Shown here piece after piece: positions 1 through 11,105 of a DNA stretch of 64,000 nt. The DNA comes from an uncultured delta proteobacterium (GTDB lineage Bacteria; Myxococcota; Myxococcia; Myxococcales; Anaeromyxobacteraceae): assembly GCA_963814585.1 (NCBI GenBank), contig CAWFDF010000004.1:583107-647106 (forward strand), written 5' to 3'. Position 1 is the stretch's first letter. Each line of letters starts with the position of its first letter. Both the position numbers and the translations under genes were made by a program. The notes beneath the pieces are model-generated. The model had not been told where the DNA came from, did not search any database, and saw nothing but the letters and a program-made list of their open reading frames with translations.

Positions 1-237
1 CAGGGCGATTCCGAAGAAGATGTACAGCCCCATCAGCGACGGCAGGTGCTTGTTGAAGAAGGTCGCCGTGAAGTAGGTGACGTAGGCCCCCAGCGCCATG
101 AGTTCGCCGTGGGCCATGTTGATGACGCCCATGAGGCCGAACACGATGGCGAGTCCCAGGGCCATCAGCACCAGGATCGTGAACAGGCTGATGCCCGAGA
201 AGACCTGCATCGCCGCCACGTCGATGTCGAAATTCAT
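1..237 (-). CDS. urtB: Urea ABC transporter permease UrtB (partial, runs off window start)
   Basis: Manual translation from ATG at 237: [52 protein letters not shown]. This is the LivH/UrtB signature, directly downstream of urtA. Not in the ORF track. Confidence 0.88.
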   Translation of the reverse strand, partial: MNFDIDVAAMQVFSGISLFTILVLMALGLAIVFGLMGVINMAHGELMALGAYVTYFTATFFNKHLPSLMGLYIFFGIAL

Positions 238-299
238 GTCGAGTGTCCGCTCATGGAGTGCCGTCCTCTCCGTCGCCTGGAGCGCGCTGTCCTCGTAGG

Positions 300-337
300 T
301 CCGGCGGCACCGTTCTACTGGAAGCGGTGCCGCCGGA
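300..337. terminator. Intercistronic stem-loop between urtA and urtB
   Basis: Perfect 13-bp inverted repeat TCCGGCGGCACCG (300-312) / CGGTGCCGCCGGA (325-337). The position is typical of hairpins that stabilise or attenuate mRNA after binding-protein genes. Confidence 0.6.
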
Positions 338-379
338 GTTCTTCATGCCTGGGCCCGGACTCGTGGACCGCGGAGGACC

Positions 380-1570
380 TCAGAGCTTCGGGAACGGATT
401 GGGCTCGATGAGCGGCGACTCGTAGAGGATGTCGAACTGCCCGTCGGCGCGGGCGACGCCGACGCGCGCGTGCTTCCAGGTGTGGTGGTTGCTGGCGTGC
501 AGCTTGATCTTCCCCTCGGGCGCGTCGAGCTCCAGGTTGGAGGAGGCGGCGATGACCTTCTGCACGTCGAAGCTCTTGGCCTTCTCGACCGCGAGCCGCC
601 AGAAGTGAACGGCGGTGTAGCCACACTCCATGGGGTCGCCGACCACGCGCTCCTGACCGTACTTGGCCTTGATGGCCTTGACGAACTTGTCGTTGGTCGG
701 GTTCTGCTGGCTCTGGAAGTAGCCCATGCACGCCAGGTAGCCGACCGCGTTGTCCTTGCCGATCCCATCGATCTCGTTCTCCGAGACCACGGTCGAGAGC
801 AGCGTCTGCTTGGCGCCGGAGAGTCCGGCCGCGTTGAGCTGCTTGAAGAACGCCACGTTGCTGCCCCCGACGACCGTGCTGTAGATGCAGTCGGGCTTCG
901 CGGCCTTGATCTTGTTGATGATGGAGGAGAACTCCGTGTGGCCGAGGGGCGCGTACTCCTCGCCGAGCGTCTTGCCGCCGACTCGAGTGATGGTGGGCTT
1001 CGCGATCTTGTTGCAGGTTCTCGGGTAGATGTAGTCGGAGCCGACCAGGAAGAAGCTCTTGCCCCTGTTCTTCGCCATCCACTCGATGGAGGCGATCACC
1101 GACTGCGTGGCCTCCTGCGCGGTGTACATGCAGTTCTTGGAGATCTCCTGCCCCTCGTAGTAGGTCGGGTAGTACAGGAGGCCCTTGTTCTGCTCGAAGA
1201 CGGGCAGCACCGACTTGCGGGAGGCCGAGGTGTAGCAGCCGAACACGACGGGGACCTTGTCCCGAACCAGCAGCTTCTTCGCCTTCTCGGCGAACGTCGG
1301 CCAGTCGCTGGCACCGTCTTCCACGATGGGCTCGATCTTTCGGCCCAGCACGCCGCCCATCGCATTGATCTCGTCGATCGCCAGCTTCTCGGCATCGACG
1401 ATGGCGGCCTCGGCCAAGGCGATGGTCCCTGTCAGGGAGTGCAGGATGCCGACCTTGATGACGTCTGCTGCGAGGCCGATCTTGGGAAAGAGACCTGAGT
1501 ACGAGACCGCCCCTGCGGCTACCAGCTTCCCGCCGATTTCCATGAAGCGACGTCGATTCATCTTGCCCAT
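380..1570 (-). CDS. urtA: Urea ABC transporter substrate-binding protein UrtA (Tat-exported)
   Basis: Motifs [56 protein letters not shown]. Twin-Arg signal NRRRF. Start at ATG 1570 with AAGGAG upstream. Confidence 0.92.
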   Translation of the reverse strand: MGKMNRRRFMEIGGKLVAAGAVSYSGLFPKIGLAADVIKVGILHSLTGTIALAEAAIVDAEKLAIDEINAMGGVLGRKIEPIVEDGASDWPTFAEKAKKLLVRDKVPVVFGCYTSASRKSVLPVFEQNKGLLYYPTYYEGQEISKNCMYTAQEATQSVIASIEWMAKNRGKSFFLVGSDYIYPRTCNKIAKPTITRVGGKTLGEEYAPLGHTEFSSIINKIKAAKPDCIYSTVVGGSNVAFFKQLNAAGLSGAKQTLLSTVVSENEIDGIGKDNAVGYLACMGYFQSQQNPTNDKFVKAIKAKYGQERVVGDPMECGYTAVHFWRLAVEKAKSFDVQKVIAASSNLELDAPEGKIKLHASNHHTWKHARVGVARADGQFDILYESPLIEPNPFPKL

Positions 1571-1649
1571 AGCCATCTCCTTGCCGTGGTTCAACGGAGT
1601 GTCACCTGCCTGAGAGCATGCCTTGCTGCGCCGTGTGGCATTTCGTCGC

Positions 1650-1666
1650 TGCAAGACCGGGGCCGG
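1650..1666 (-). promoter_or_regulatory. Putative sigma-54 (-24/-12) promoter for urtA
   Basis: Minus strand reads CCGGCCCCGGTCTTGCA = GG-N10-GC with TTGCA at -12, about 80 nt upstream of urtA and next to a divergent sigma-54 activator gene. Confidence 0.55.
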
Positions 1667-1929
1667 GTAGGAGGACACCTGCTCGTCGGCACGGAAGAGT
1701 GCCGGAAAGCGACCTAAGTCACGGCCATTGGGCTGGCCAGTGCCGACCGCACTCACCGGAGCAGCGCTTGCCTTACGTGAGAGACACCGGGTCGTCCGGA
1801 GATGGATGACACACTTCTGTGTTGCGCCCCGGACGGGGGCCCTTGACTTCCGAAGCCCGGACTTTCAAGGTTTTGCTCCATGGTCAGTGTCCAGTAGGTG
1901 CTCAGCCCGGGGGGGAATGGAGCCTGCCG

Positions 1930-4107
1930 GTGAGCGGTCCAACACGCTTGGGTCTCCTGTATTCGTCGAGTGGCGCGACTGCCATCCCCGAGTCCGGCCT
2001 CCTCGAGGCCTCGCTCCTGGCGATCGATCGCTGCAACGTCGAAATGGGCACGGGATTCGAGCCCTTGGTCGCGGACATTCGTTCGGACCCAGCCACCGCG
2101 GCGCATGCCGCTCATGAACTCAGGTCACAGGGCGCCAAGGTCCTGATTGGGTGTTACACCTCGGCGTGCCGTAAGGCGGTCATCCCGGTTCTCGAGGAAT
2201 CGGGGGTTTCCCTCGTCTATCCGACCGTTTACGAGGGCGAAGAGGTGCATCCCCGTGTCTTCTACTTCGGCGCCGTACCCAACCAGACCGTGGATCCCCT
2301 CCTCTCCTGGTCCGTCTCGCATCTGTCCAGGGATTTCCTCTTCGTCGGATCGGACTACATCTATCCGCGGTCGGTGAATCGGCAGGCCCGGGGCTTCGTC
2401 GAGGCGCTTGGGGGGCGGATCCTTCTCGACGAGTACTTTCCCCTCGGTTGCGAGGACTTCACCGCCTTCTTCCAGAGCGTGCGGATGCTGCGGAGCCGCC
2501 ACCCGCCCGCGATCTTCTCCACCCTCGTCGGGAAGAGCATCCCGGCCTTCTACCGGCAACATCGCGAGCTGGGCCTGGGAAGCACCATCGTCAGTCCGAT
2601 CACCTCCGAGGTCGAGTTCGGGTGCGTGGGGATCGACGCCGCCGCCGGCCACTACTTCGCGGACGGCCACCTGGAGAGCCCTGACGCGGCGCCTCGCGAC
2701 GGCTTTGCCTCGCACTACCAGCGCCGGTTCGGCGACAGGCCGGTCAACGGGATGATGGCCGCCGTGTACGAGGCGATCATGCTTCTCGGCCGGTACTTCC
2801 TCAATGCTCGAGCGAAGGGCTCGGCCGGCGCCAGGGCCCAGGGAAATCCGGTCGCTCATCTGCGCGCCCCTCACCACGAGACGCCGAGTGGTCGGGTCGT
2901 GCTCGATCCGCGGAGCCAGCACGCCTGGCTGTGGACGCGTGTCGCACGCGTCGGCCGCCGCGGCAAGATCGAGACCGTCTGGCGCTCGCCGGGGCCGACG
3001 CCACCGAGGCCGCTCGGGGACCGGCCCTGGGAGTCGGCGCCAGGGACAGTGCGGGTCCCCTCGGTAGGTGCACCCGACGACGATGCGTTCCGAGGGGTCC
3101 TGGGTCGCAGCGACGCCCTCGCACAGTGCGTGCGGACGGCTCGGATCGCCGCCCTCACATCGGCCCCGGTCCTGCTGACCGGAGAGACCGGCACGGGGAA
3201 GGAGCTGTTCGCTCGCTCCATCCACCTCGCCAGTGACAGGAAGAAGGGTCCCTTCATCGCTGTGAACTGCGCTGCCATGCCCGCGCAGTTGATCGAGAGC
3301 GAGCTGTTCGGGTATGCGCCCGGCGCGTTCACTGGCGCTCGGCGCGAAGGAAGGAAGGGCAAGTTCGAGCTCGCCGCCCATGGAACGCTCTTCCTGGACG
3401 AGATCACGGAGATGCCCATCGAGTTTCAAGCCGTCCTGCTCAGGGCCCTCCAGGAGAAGACGATCGTGCAGGTGGGCGGCGGCCGCGAGATTGAAGTCGA
3501 CGTCCGTGTGATCGCTGCGACCAACAGGGACATCGCCCCCGAACGAGAGGCGTCATCCGTGCTGAGGTCGGATCTCTACTTCCGCCTGAACGTCTTCCGG
3601 GTCGACATCCCTCCTCTCCGGCGTAGACCAGAGGACGTCCCGCTCTTCGTCGAGGCTGCCCTGTCCCGCTTCAACGCAAGGTACGGACGGTGCCTCTCCG
3701 TGACGCACGACGCCTTGGTCGCGCTCATGCGGTATGGATGGCCTGGCAATGTGCGTGAGTTGGAGAACCTGATCGAACGTGCGTTTCACCTGTGCACCGA
3801 CGGGACGGAGATCGACCTTCACCACCTTCCAGCGGTGGTCGCCGCGGCGAGTTCGGTCGACACGTCCTCCACCGGTGCCGCCGCGCCGGGCGCCGTCGGG
3901 ATCCACGCTCCGATGACGCGGGCCGAACCTGCCCTGCAAGTTGAAGCGGCCGCGACTCAGGAGAAGATCGAAATCTCACGGGCGATCGTGACGTCAGGGC
4001 ACAACATGAGCCGCGCCTCACGCATGCTCGGGATCTCGCGGAGCAAGCTCTATCGCCGGCTGAAGGCCCTCAGTATCGCCGTTCCGGACCAGTTCGCGCC
4101 CAGGTAG
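1930..4107 (+). CDS. Sigma-54-dependent activator with N-terminal AmiC/UrtA-like ligand-binding domain (PBP1 + AAA+ + Fis HTH)
   Basis: N-half: [40 protein letters not shown], no signal peptide. C-half: [30 protein letters not shown], terminal HTH ([16 protein letters not shown]). Start GTG 1930 after GGAG. Confidence 0.9.
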   Translation: MSGPTRLGLLYSSSGATAIPESGLLEASLLAIDRCNVEMGTGFEPLVADIRSDPATAAHAAHELRSQGAKVLIGCYTSACRKAVIPVLEESGVSLVYPTVYEGEEVHPRVFYFGAVPNQTVDPLLSWSVSHLSRDFLFVGSDYIYPRSVNRQARGFVEALGGRILLDEYFPLGCEDFTAFFQSVRMLRSRHPPAIFSTLVGKSIPAFYRQHRELGLGSTIVSPITSEVEFGCVGIDAAAGHYFADGHLESPDAAPRDGFASHYQRRFGDRPVNGMMAAVYEAIMLLGRYFLNARAKGSAGARAQGNPVAHLRAPHHETPSGRVVLDPRSQHAWLWTRVARVGRRGKIETVWRSPGPTPPRPLGDRPWESAPGTVRVPSVGAPDDDAFRGVLGRSDALAQCVRTARIAALTSAPVLLTGETGTGKELFARSIHLASDRKKGPFIAVNCAAMPAQLIESELFGYAPGAFTGARREGRKGKFELAAHGTLFLDEITEMPIEFQAVLLRALQEKTIVQVGGGREIEVDVRVIAATNRDIAPEREASSVLRSDLYFRLNVFRVDIPPLRRRPEDVPLFVEAALSRFNARYGRCLSVTHDALVALMRYGWPGNVRELENLIERAFHLCTDGTEIDLHHLPAVVAAASSVDTSSTGAAAPGAVGIHAPMTRAEPALQVEAAATQEKIEISRAIVTSGHNMSRASRMLGISRSKLYRRLKALSIAVPDQFAPR

Positions 4108-4686
4108 CGGAAGTCGATCCCGAGGGCCCCTCGACCGGGCTTCGAATGCGATGGCACGGCCCCCTGGCCGATCTGGTGATCCCCCTGGCGGTGGCGATCG
4201 GACAGGGCCCTCTTCCGTGGCAGACGGAGGGATCTCGCATCGGTGGACGAGATCCGGGCGGTGGGGGATGCAGGTGCAGACCTCGGCTTGAGTGAGCCGC
4301 GCCAGCCAGGGTTCGCCTCGTCGAGCTTCTCCCGAAAGGGTGAGCGGGAGGCCTCTCGGCACCGGCACCTGTCCGGGCGGCGACACAGGACTGTCGCGCG
4401 CTGCTCCGCTCGAGCCGTATGAGGAGGGCCCGGGGCGTCCGACTCCCGTTGACCACGGCCGGGCGTTGGTCGGCGGACTGGCCGTGACTCCCACCGTCCT
4501 TGGTGAGGTCGGGGAACCAGCAGCATGCTCCCGCCAGGGAACTGAAGAGGCGGACCGTTCCTGAGGGGTCTTCTTGATGGCGCGGTGCGTTGCCTGTTGC
4601 AGTGGAGGAATTCAACGGGGCTGGATTGGCTCCATTCCTGGCAGACCGGTCGGAGTCGCTTGCGCGCGATCGATTCGAAGCGCAGC

Positions 4687-5640
4687 ATGACAGCCCCAGT
4701 GGAGCCCACGGTCCTTCCTCGAGACAGCCCGATCTGGGCTGCGCGGGCGGTGTCTCCGACGCGCGCCGGACTCGCGGCAGGGGACCGGGCCTCGTCAGGC
4801 CCGCACCCCGCAGTCGGCGCCCAGGTTCTCCCCGCAGGTTCCGGGCGGCTCCGCTTCGCGAAGGTCGATGGGGCGTCCGCGCTCGTAGGGTGCCGCGCGG
4901 AGAGCCCGCTCAAGATCCTGGTGCCTCACCGCAGGGGCCGCTCGGCCTGGGCCTTCTTGACGACTCTCGGCGGCGGGCTGGTGGCCGGCGACCATACGGA
5001 ACTGCACGTGGAGGTGGGCGCCGGAGCGACGGCGCTCCTCGCCACCCAGGCCGAGACGAAGGTTTACCGCTCGCCCGGCGGGGCCGAGGCCAAGCAGGTG
5101 CTGCGGGCCCGGGTGGATCGCGGCGGAACGCTGGCGGTGATGCCCGATCCAGTCTCACCGTTCGCGGGAGCGCGCTATCGGCAGGAGCAGCGATGTGAAA
5201 TCGAGGATGGCGCCAGCCTGCTGCTCGTCGACGCGCTCGTGGCCGGCCGAACGGCGCGTGGCGAGCGCTGGGCATTCGAGAGCTACCGGAGTCGGACCGA
5301 GATCGCGACAGGGGGGACCCTGATCCTCGGTGAGGCCCTCTCGCTGGAGCCAAGGGTGGGGGCCTCCCTGGCCGATCAGATGGGACGCTACGACGCGGTC
5401 GCCTTCGCCGCCGTCATCGGCCCCGCCTTCACCGCAGGCGCCTCCGCGCTGCTCGACCGATGGAGCCGGGCTCCCGTTGAGGTCGGCGCACCGCTCCTCT
5501 CCACGGTGAGCCCGCTCCGGGGTGGAGCGCTGATACGCGTCGCAGCGATCTCGGCGGAGCACCTCGCCCACTTCCTGCGGGGCGCTCTCTCCTTCGTGGC
5601 GGGGCCGCTCGGCGACGATCCCTTTCAGCGCAGATGGTGA
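4687..5640 (+). CDS. ureD: Urease accessory protein UreD
   Basis: [40 protein letters not shown] motifs; first gene of the urease operon. Start uncertain. Confidence 0.9.
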   Translation: MTAPVEPTVLPRDSPIWAARAVSPTRAGLAAGDRASSGPHPAVGAQVLPAGSGRLRFAKVDGASALVGCRAESPLKILVPHRRGRSAWAFLTTLGGGLVAGDHTELHVEVGAGATALLATQAETKVYRSPGGAEAKQVLRARVDRGGTLAVMPDPVSPFAGARYRQEQRCEIEDGASLLLVDALVAGRTARGERWAFESYRSRTEIATGGTLILGEALSLEPRVGASLADQMGRYDAVAFAAVIGPAFTAGASALLDRWSRAPVEVGAPLLSTVSPLRGGALIRVAAISAEHLAHFLRGALSFVAGPLGDDPFQRRW

Positions 5641-5653
5641 ACGGAGGAAGCGA

Positions 5654-6415
5654 ATGCACCTCACACCTCGAGAGCTCGACAAGCTGACGCTCCACCAGGC
5701 GGGTCACCTCGCTCAGAAGCGCCTCGCGCGCGGGCTGCGGCTCAACTACCCCGAGGCAGTCGCACTCCTGGCCACGCAGATCCTCGAGTTCATCCGCGAT
5801 GGGCGCAGCGTGGCGGAGCTCATGGACGTCGGCCGGCACCTGCTCGGCCGACGCCAGGTCCTGCCCGGTGTTCCGGACCTGGTCACGGAGGTCCAGGTCG
5901 AGGGAACCTTCCCGGATGGTACGAAGCTGGTGACGGTCCACCACCCCATCGCGGCCGAGGACGGCGACCTGACGCTGGCGCTCTACGGTAGCTTCTTGCC
6001 CTCGCCGGATCTGGCCCGCTTTGGCGCCACCTCCGAGGACCTTCTGCCCGGGGCCATCGAGGCAGCACCTGGAGAGATCGAGCTCAACGAAGGGCGAGCG
6101 GCCATCTCCCTCCAGGTGACCAACACCGCCGACCGACCCATCCAGATCGGCAGTCATTACCACTTCATCGAGGCGAATCCATACTTGCGCTTCGATCGCC
6201 GCAGGGCCTACGGACACCGCCTCGACATCCCGGCAGGCATGGCCGTACGCTTCGAACCCGGCGAGACCAGGACCGTCCAGCTCGTCCCCATCGCCGGGGA
6301 TCAGGTCATTCGCGGCGGCAACGGCATCGCCACCGGGAAGGTCTCACCGGAGGGGCTGGAACGCGCCATGGAACGGGTTGGCTCAGGCAACTTCGCCCAT
6401 GAGGAGGAGCGCTAG
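5654..6415 (+). CDS. ureAB: Urease fused gamma/beta subunit
   Basis: Gamma part [11 protein letters not shown]...[10 protein letters not shown]...[12 protein letters not shown] fused to beta part [14 protein letters not shown]...[15 protein letters not shown]. Confidence 0.96.
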   Translation: MHLTPRELDKLTLHQAGHLAQKRLARGLRLNYPEAVALLATQILEFIRDGRSVAELMDVGRHLLGRRQVLPGVPDLVTEVQVEGTFPDGTKLVTVHHPIAAEDGDLTLALYGSFLPSPDLARFGATSEDLLPGAIEAAPGEIELNEGRAAISLQVTNTADRPIQIGSHYHFIEANPYLRFDRRRAYGHRLDIPAGMAVRFEPGETRTVQLVPIAGDQVIRGGNGIATGKVSPEGLERAMERVGSGNFAHEEER

Positions 6416-6417
6416 CC

Positions 6418-8133
<1,716 letters not shown>

Positions 8134-8140
8134 GGCCGGC

Positions 8141-8806
8141 ATGGAAGCCTCGCAGTTCCTGATCTGGCAAGTCGCCGACTCGGCCTTCCCCACCGGCGGC
8201 TTCGCGCACGCAAGCGGCCTTGAGGCTGCTGCGCAGCTTGGAGAGCTGCGCGGGCCGGAGGGACTTGCCCGCTTCGCAGAGGAAGCGCTCTGGAACGCGG
8301 GGTCATTCGCCCTTCCCCTGGCCTCCGCTGCACACCGCGACGTCGCGGCGCTCACCGCTCTCGACGGTCGATGCGACGCCTATACGCCGTCGCAGGTCGC
8401 CAACCGGGCGAGTCGGGCGCAGGGACAGGCGCTCCTTCGCACGGCCGCTGCAGCCTTCGAAGGCCCCGCAAGGGACCTGGCCGAGCGCGTCCGGCGAGAG
8501 CAGCTCGCCGGGCATCTCGCTCCGATGACCGGCGCCGTGCTCCGGGTGCTCGGAATCCCGATCGCCGTGGCCCAGCGCCTGGTCCTGCACGTGGCGATGC
8601 GCGGCGTCCTGTCGGCAGGGGTTCGCCTCGGGCTGGCCGGTCCGCTGGAGGCCCAGCGCATCCAGTCACGTCTTGGAGCCAGGGCCGACGAGGTGATCGC
8701 GACGTTCGGGCTCCTCGGCGCGGAGGAGGCGGCGCAATCGACGCCGCTGCTCGACATCCTTCAGGGACATCAGGACAGGCTCTATTCCCGACTCTTCCAG
8801 AGCTGA
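8141..8806 (+). CDS. ureF: Urease accessory protein UreF
   Basis: [16 protein letters not shown] and C-terminal LYSRLFQS. Confidence 0.95.
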   Translation: MEASQFLIWQVADSAFPTGGFAHASGLEAAAQLGELRGPEGLARFAEEALWNAGSFALPLASAAHRDVAALTALDGRCDAYTPSQVANRASRAQGQALLRTAAAAFEGPARDLAERVRREQLAGHLAPMTGAVLRVLGIPIAVAQRLVLHVAMRGVLSAGVRLGLAGPLEAQRIQSRLGARADEVIATFGLLGAEEAAQSTPLLDILQGHQDRLYSRLFQS

Positions 8807-8822
8807 GCACTTGGTCTTCGAC

Positions 8823-9563
8823 ATGATGACACGCGAGGTGAACGCAGCATCGCCACCGGCCGACAGACAGGCTCACGGCGGGCACGATCAGCCCGCCTCG
8901 CCTGGGAGCTTCCGGGGGCGGGAGCCCCCGCTGCAGCGTGACCTGGCGCGGCGAGCCTTCACGGTCGGAGTGGGGGGGCCGGTGGGAAGCGGCAAGACAG
9001 CCCTGGTCCTCGCGCTGTGCCAGCGCCTTCGGGACGCGATGAGCCTGGCGGTGGTGACGAACGACATCTTCACCCGCGAGGACGCCGAGTTTCTCGTCCT
9101 CCACGATGCGCTCGATCCGTCCCGCATCCGCGCCGTCGAGACCGGCGGCTGCCCGCACACCGCCATCCGGGAGGACGCCTCGGCGAACCTGCTCGCGCTC
9201 GAAGTCCTGAACGAGCAGCATCGGCCCGACCTGCTGCTCATCGAGTCGGGTGGCGACAACCTGGCCGCGCACTTCAGCCGCGAACTCGCGGACTACACGG
9301 TTTACGTGATCGATGTGGCCGGCGGCGACAAGGTCCCCCGCAAGGGAGGCCCAGGCATCACGCAGTCGGACCTCCTCGTCATCAACAAGACCGACCTCGC
9401 GCCGGCGGTCGGCGCCGATCTTTCCATCATGGAGCGCGATGCGCGGCGGATGCGTGGGGATGGGCCCTTCGTCTTCGCTCAAGTGACCCGGGGAGTCGGC
9501 GTCGCGGAGATTGCGGCACATGTCCTCCACGCATGGCAGCACGCCGTGGGGCTCACTCACTGA
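8823..9563 (+). CDS. ureG: Urease accessory GTPase UreG
   Basis: [28 protein letters not shown], plus an N-terminal extension. Confidence 0.96.
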   Translation: MMTREVNAASPPADRQAHGGHDQPASPGSFRGREPPLQRDLARRAFTVGVGGPVGSGKTALVLALCQRLRDAMSLAVVTNDIFTREDAEFLVLHDALDPSRIRAVETGGCPHTAIREDASANLLALEVLNEQHRPDLLLIESGGDNLAAHFSRELADYTVYVIDVAGGDKVPRKGGPGITQSDLLVINKTDLAPAVGADLSIMERDARRMRGDGPFVFAQVTRGVGVAEIAAHVLHAWQHAVGLTH

Positions 9564-9567
9564 GGTC

Positions 9568-9594
9568 CCTGACGCGCCAGGAACTGGCGCCAGG
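9568..9594 (+). terminator. Hairpin just after ureG, possible operon end
   Basis: GCGCCAG-GAA-CTGGCGC (9574-9590) flanked by CCTG/CAGG; no U-tract. Confidence 0.35.
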
Positions 9595-9790
9595 CGGGCG
9601 TGACGAGCCGCTGCGCGAGGGAGTCACGTCGGGAGGCCTGTCACGGGAGGATTTCATCGTAGCCCGGCTGGAGGTCGCCGGTAACGTCGGCCGGGGTGGC
9701 TTGACACGCCGAGGCTCCCGCCGGGAGGTTGATGGCCCCGGCCGCCCGTCCACGGTGGCGCCCACCGCCCGGCGACGTTACTCCTCCAGG

Positions 9791-11038
9791 ATGATCCGTA
9801 CCCCCGAATCGAACGAGCTCGTCGCCCCGGGACGGGCCCGGACCGTCACCTGGGCCTCGGCCTTGCTCCCGGCCCTGGTCATCGCTTGCGGGTCCGGCTC
9901 CTCGGAGGCCGCGCCGGTCCCGGCGCCTCCGTCAGGCCCCTTCGCCGTGGACGTCCGGGTCACCGCGCCTCCCCCGCCGGGCTCGGTCGCCGTCCGGCTG
10001 GTGCCCTTCGCCACCGGCCTGGCGGCACCCTGGGGAATGGCCTTCCTGCCCGACCGGAGGCTGCTGGTCACCGAGAAGGGCGGGTCCCTGCGGCTCGTCA
10101 GCGCCGACGGGAAGTCCGTCTCCACCGTGGGCGGCGTCCCGGCCGTGGCCGCGGCCGGCCAGGGCGGGCTCCTCGACGTGGCCCTCGACCCGCAGTTCTC
10201 CGTCAACCGCCGCGTCTACCTGTCCTACTCGGAGCCCGGCAGCGGCGCCGAGGCCGGACTCGCCGGAACGGCGGTCTACCGGGCCGAGCTGGATGAGGCG
10301 GCCTCGGCGCTGGTGAGCGGCGCCGTGATCTTCCGGCAGCGCCCCAAGGTCAGCGGCAACGGGCACTACGGCTCACGCCTGGTCTTCCGGCGCGACGGCA
10401 CGCTGTTCGTCACCCTGGGCGAACGCCAGCTGGGCAGCCCCGCTCAGGACGTGACCGGCCAGCTGGGAAAGGTCGTCCGCATCGACACCGACGGGAACGC
10501 CGCCGCCGGCAATCCAGGCTTCGGCGCCGCCGCCTCGCCGCACCTCTGGACGATGGGTCACCGCAACCCGCAGGCTGCCGCGCTCCACCCGGACACCGGC
10601 GACCTGTGGGTCGCCGAGCACGGCCCGCAGGGTGGTGACGAGGTGAACATCGCCCTCCCGGGCCGCAACTTCGGGTGGCCCGACGTCTCGTACGGCTGCA
10701 GCTACGGGAGCCCCGTGGGAACCACCTGCCGCATCGCCGGAGGCGTCCATGCCCCCGGCTACGCCGAGCCCCAGGCCTACTGGTTCCCCATCTCCACGGC
10801 TCCTGGCGGCATGGCCTTCTACACGGGCGACCGGTTCCCGGAGTGGCGAGGCAACCTGTTCGTGGGCGGGCTGGCGGGAAGCACCCTCTGGCGGCTGCTG
10901 CTGGCTGGAACCACGGTCATCGGCCGCGAAGCGCTGCTCCCCGGGCTCCACGAGATCAGGGACCTGCGCCAGGGGCCTGACGGCCACCTCTACCTCGTCA
11001 CGCGGGACACCAGCGAGATCCTGCGGGTGGAGCGCTGA
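9791..11038 (+). CDS. PQQ-dependent soluble sugar dehydrogenase (GSDH/YliI family) lipoprotein
   Basis: GLAAPWGMAFLPD, GQGGLLDVALDP, HYGSRL, GHRNPQ, EHGPQGGDEVN, NFGWP; lipobox VIAC. Confidence 0.9.
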   Translation: MIRTPESNELVAPGRARTVTWASALLPALVIACGSGSSEAAPVPAPPSGPFAVDVRVTAPPPPGSVAVRLVPFATGLAAPWGMAFLPDRRLLVTEKGGSLRLVSADGKSVSTVGGVPAVAAAGQGGLLDVALDPQFSVNRRVYLSYSEPGSGAEAGLAGTAVYRAELDEAASALVSGAVIFRQRPKVSGNGHYGSRLVFRRDGTLFVTLGERQLGSPAQDVTGQLGKVVRIDTDGNAAAGNPGFGAAASPHLWTMGHRNPQAAALHPDTGDLWVAEHGPQGGDEVNIALPGRNFGWPDVSYGCSYGSPVGTTCRIAGGVHAPGYAEPQAYWFPISTAPGGMAFYTGDRFPEWRGNLFVGGLAGSTLWRLLLAGTTVIGREALLPGLHEIRDLRQGPDGHLYLVTRDTSEILRVER

Positions 11039-11105
11039 CGACGCACCGTCTGGGTCCCCTGGGCCGCCGGTCCGACCTGTCCACGGGCCGGGGGATCGTG
11101 CCACG

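Noticed and set aside
1580..1930. Guanidine or other riboswitch upstream of urtA
   Set aside because: I could not recognise conserved ykkC or mini-ykkC sequence elements. An Infernal search would be needed to exclude it formally.
4152..4166. TGGCACG box as the sigma-54 promoter of the ure operon
   Set aside because: The -12 position reads GG instead of GC and it is more than 500 bp from ureD; kept only as part of the intergenic finding.
9017..9790. ORF-track N-terminal extensions (e.g. 9017 for the sugar dehydrogenase, 24399 for comF, 24890 for gpmI, 22617 for the phosphorylase)
   Set aside because: They overlap neighbouring genes. Downstream starts match family N-termini, signal peptides or RBS positions.
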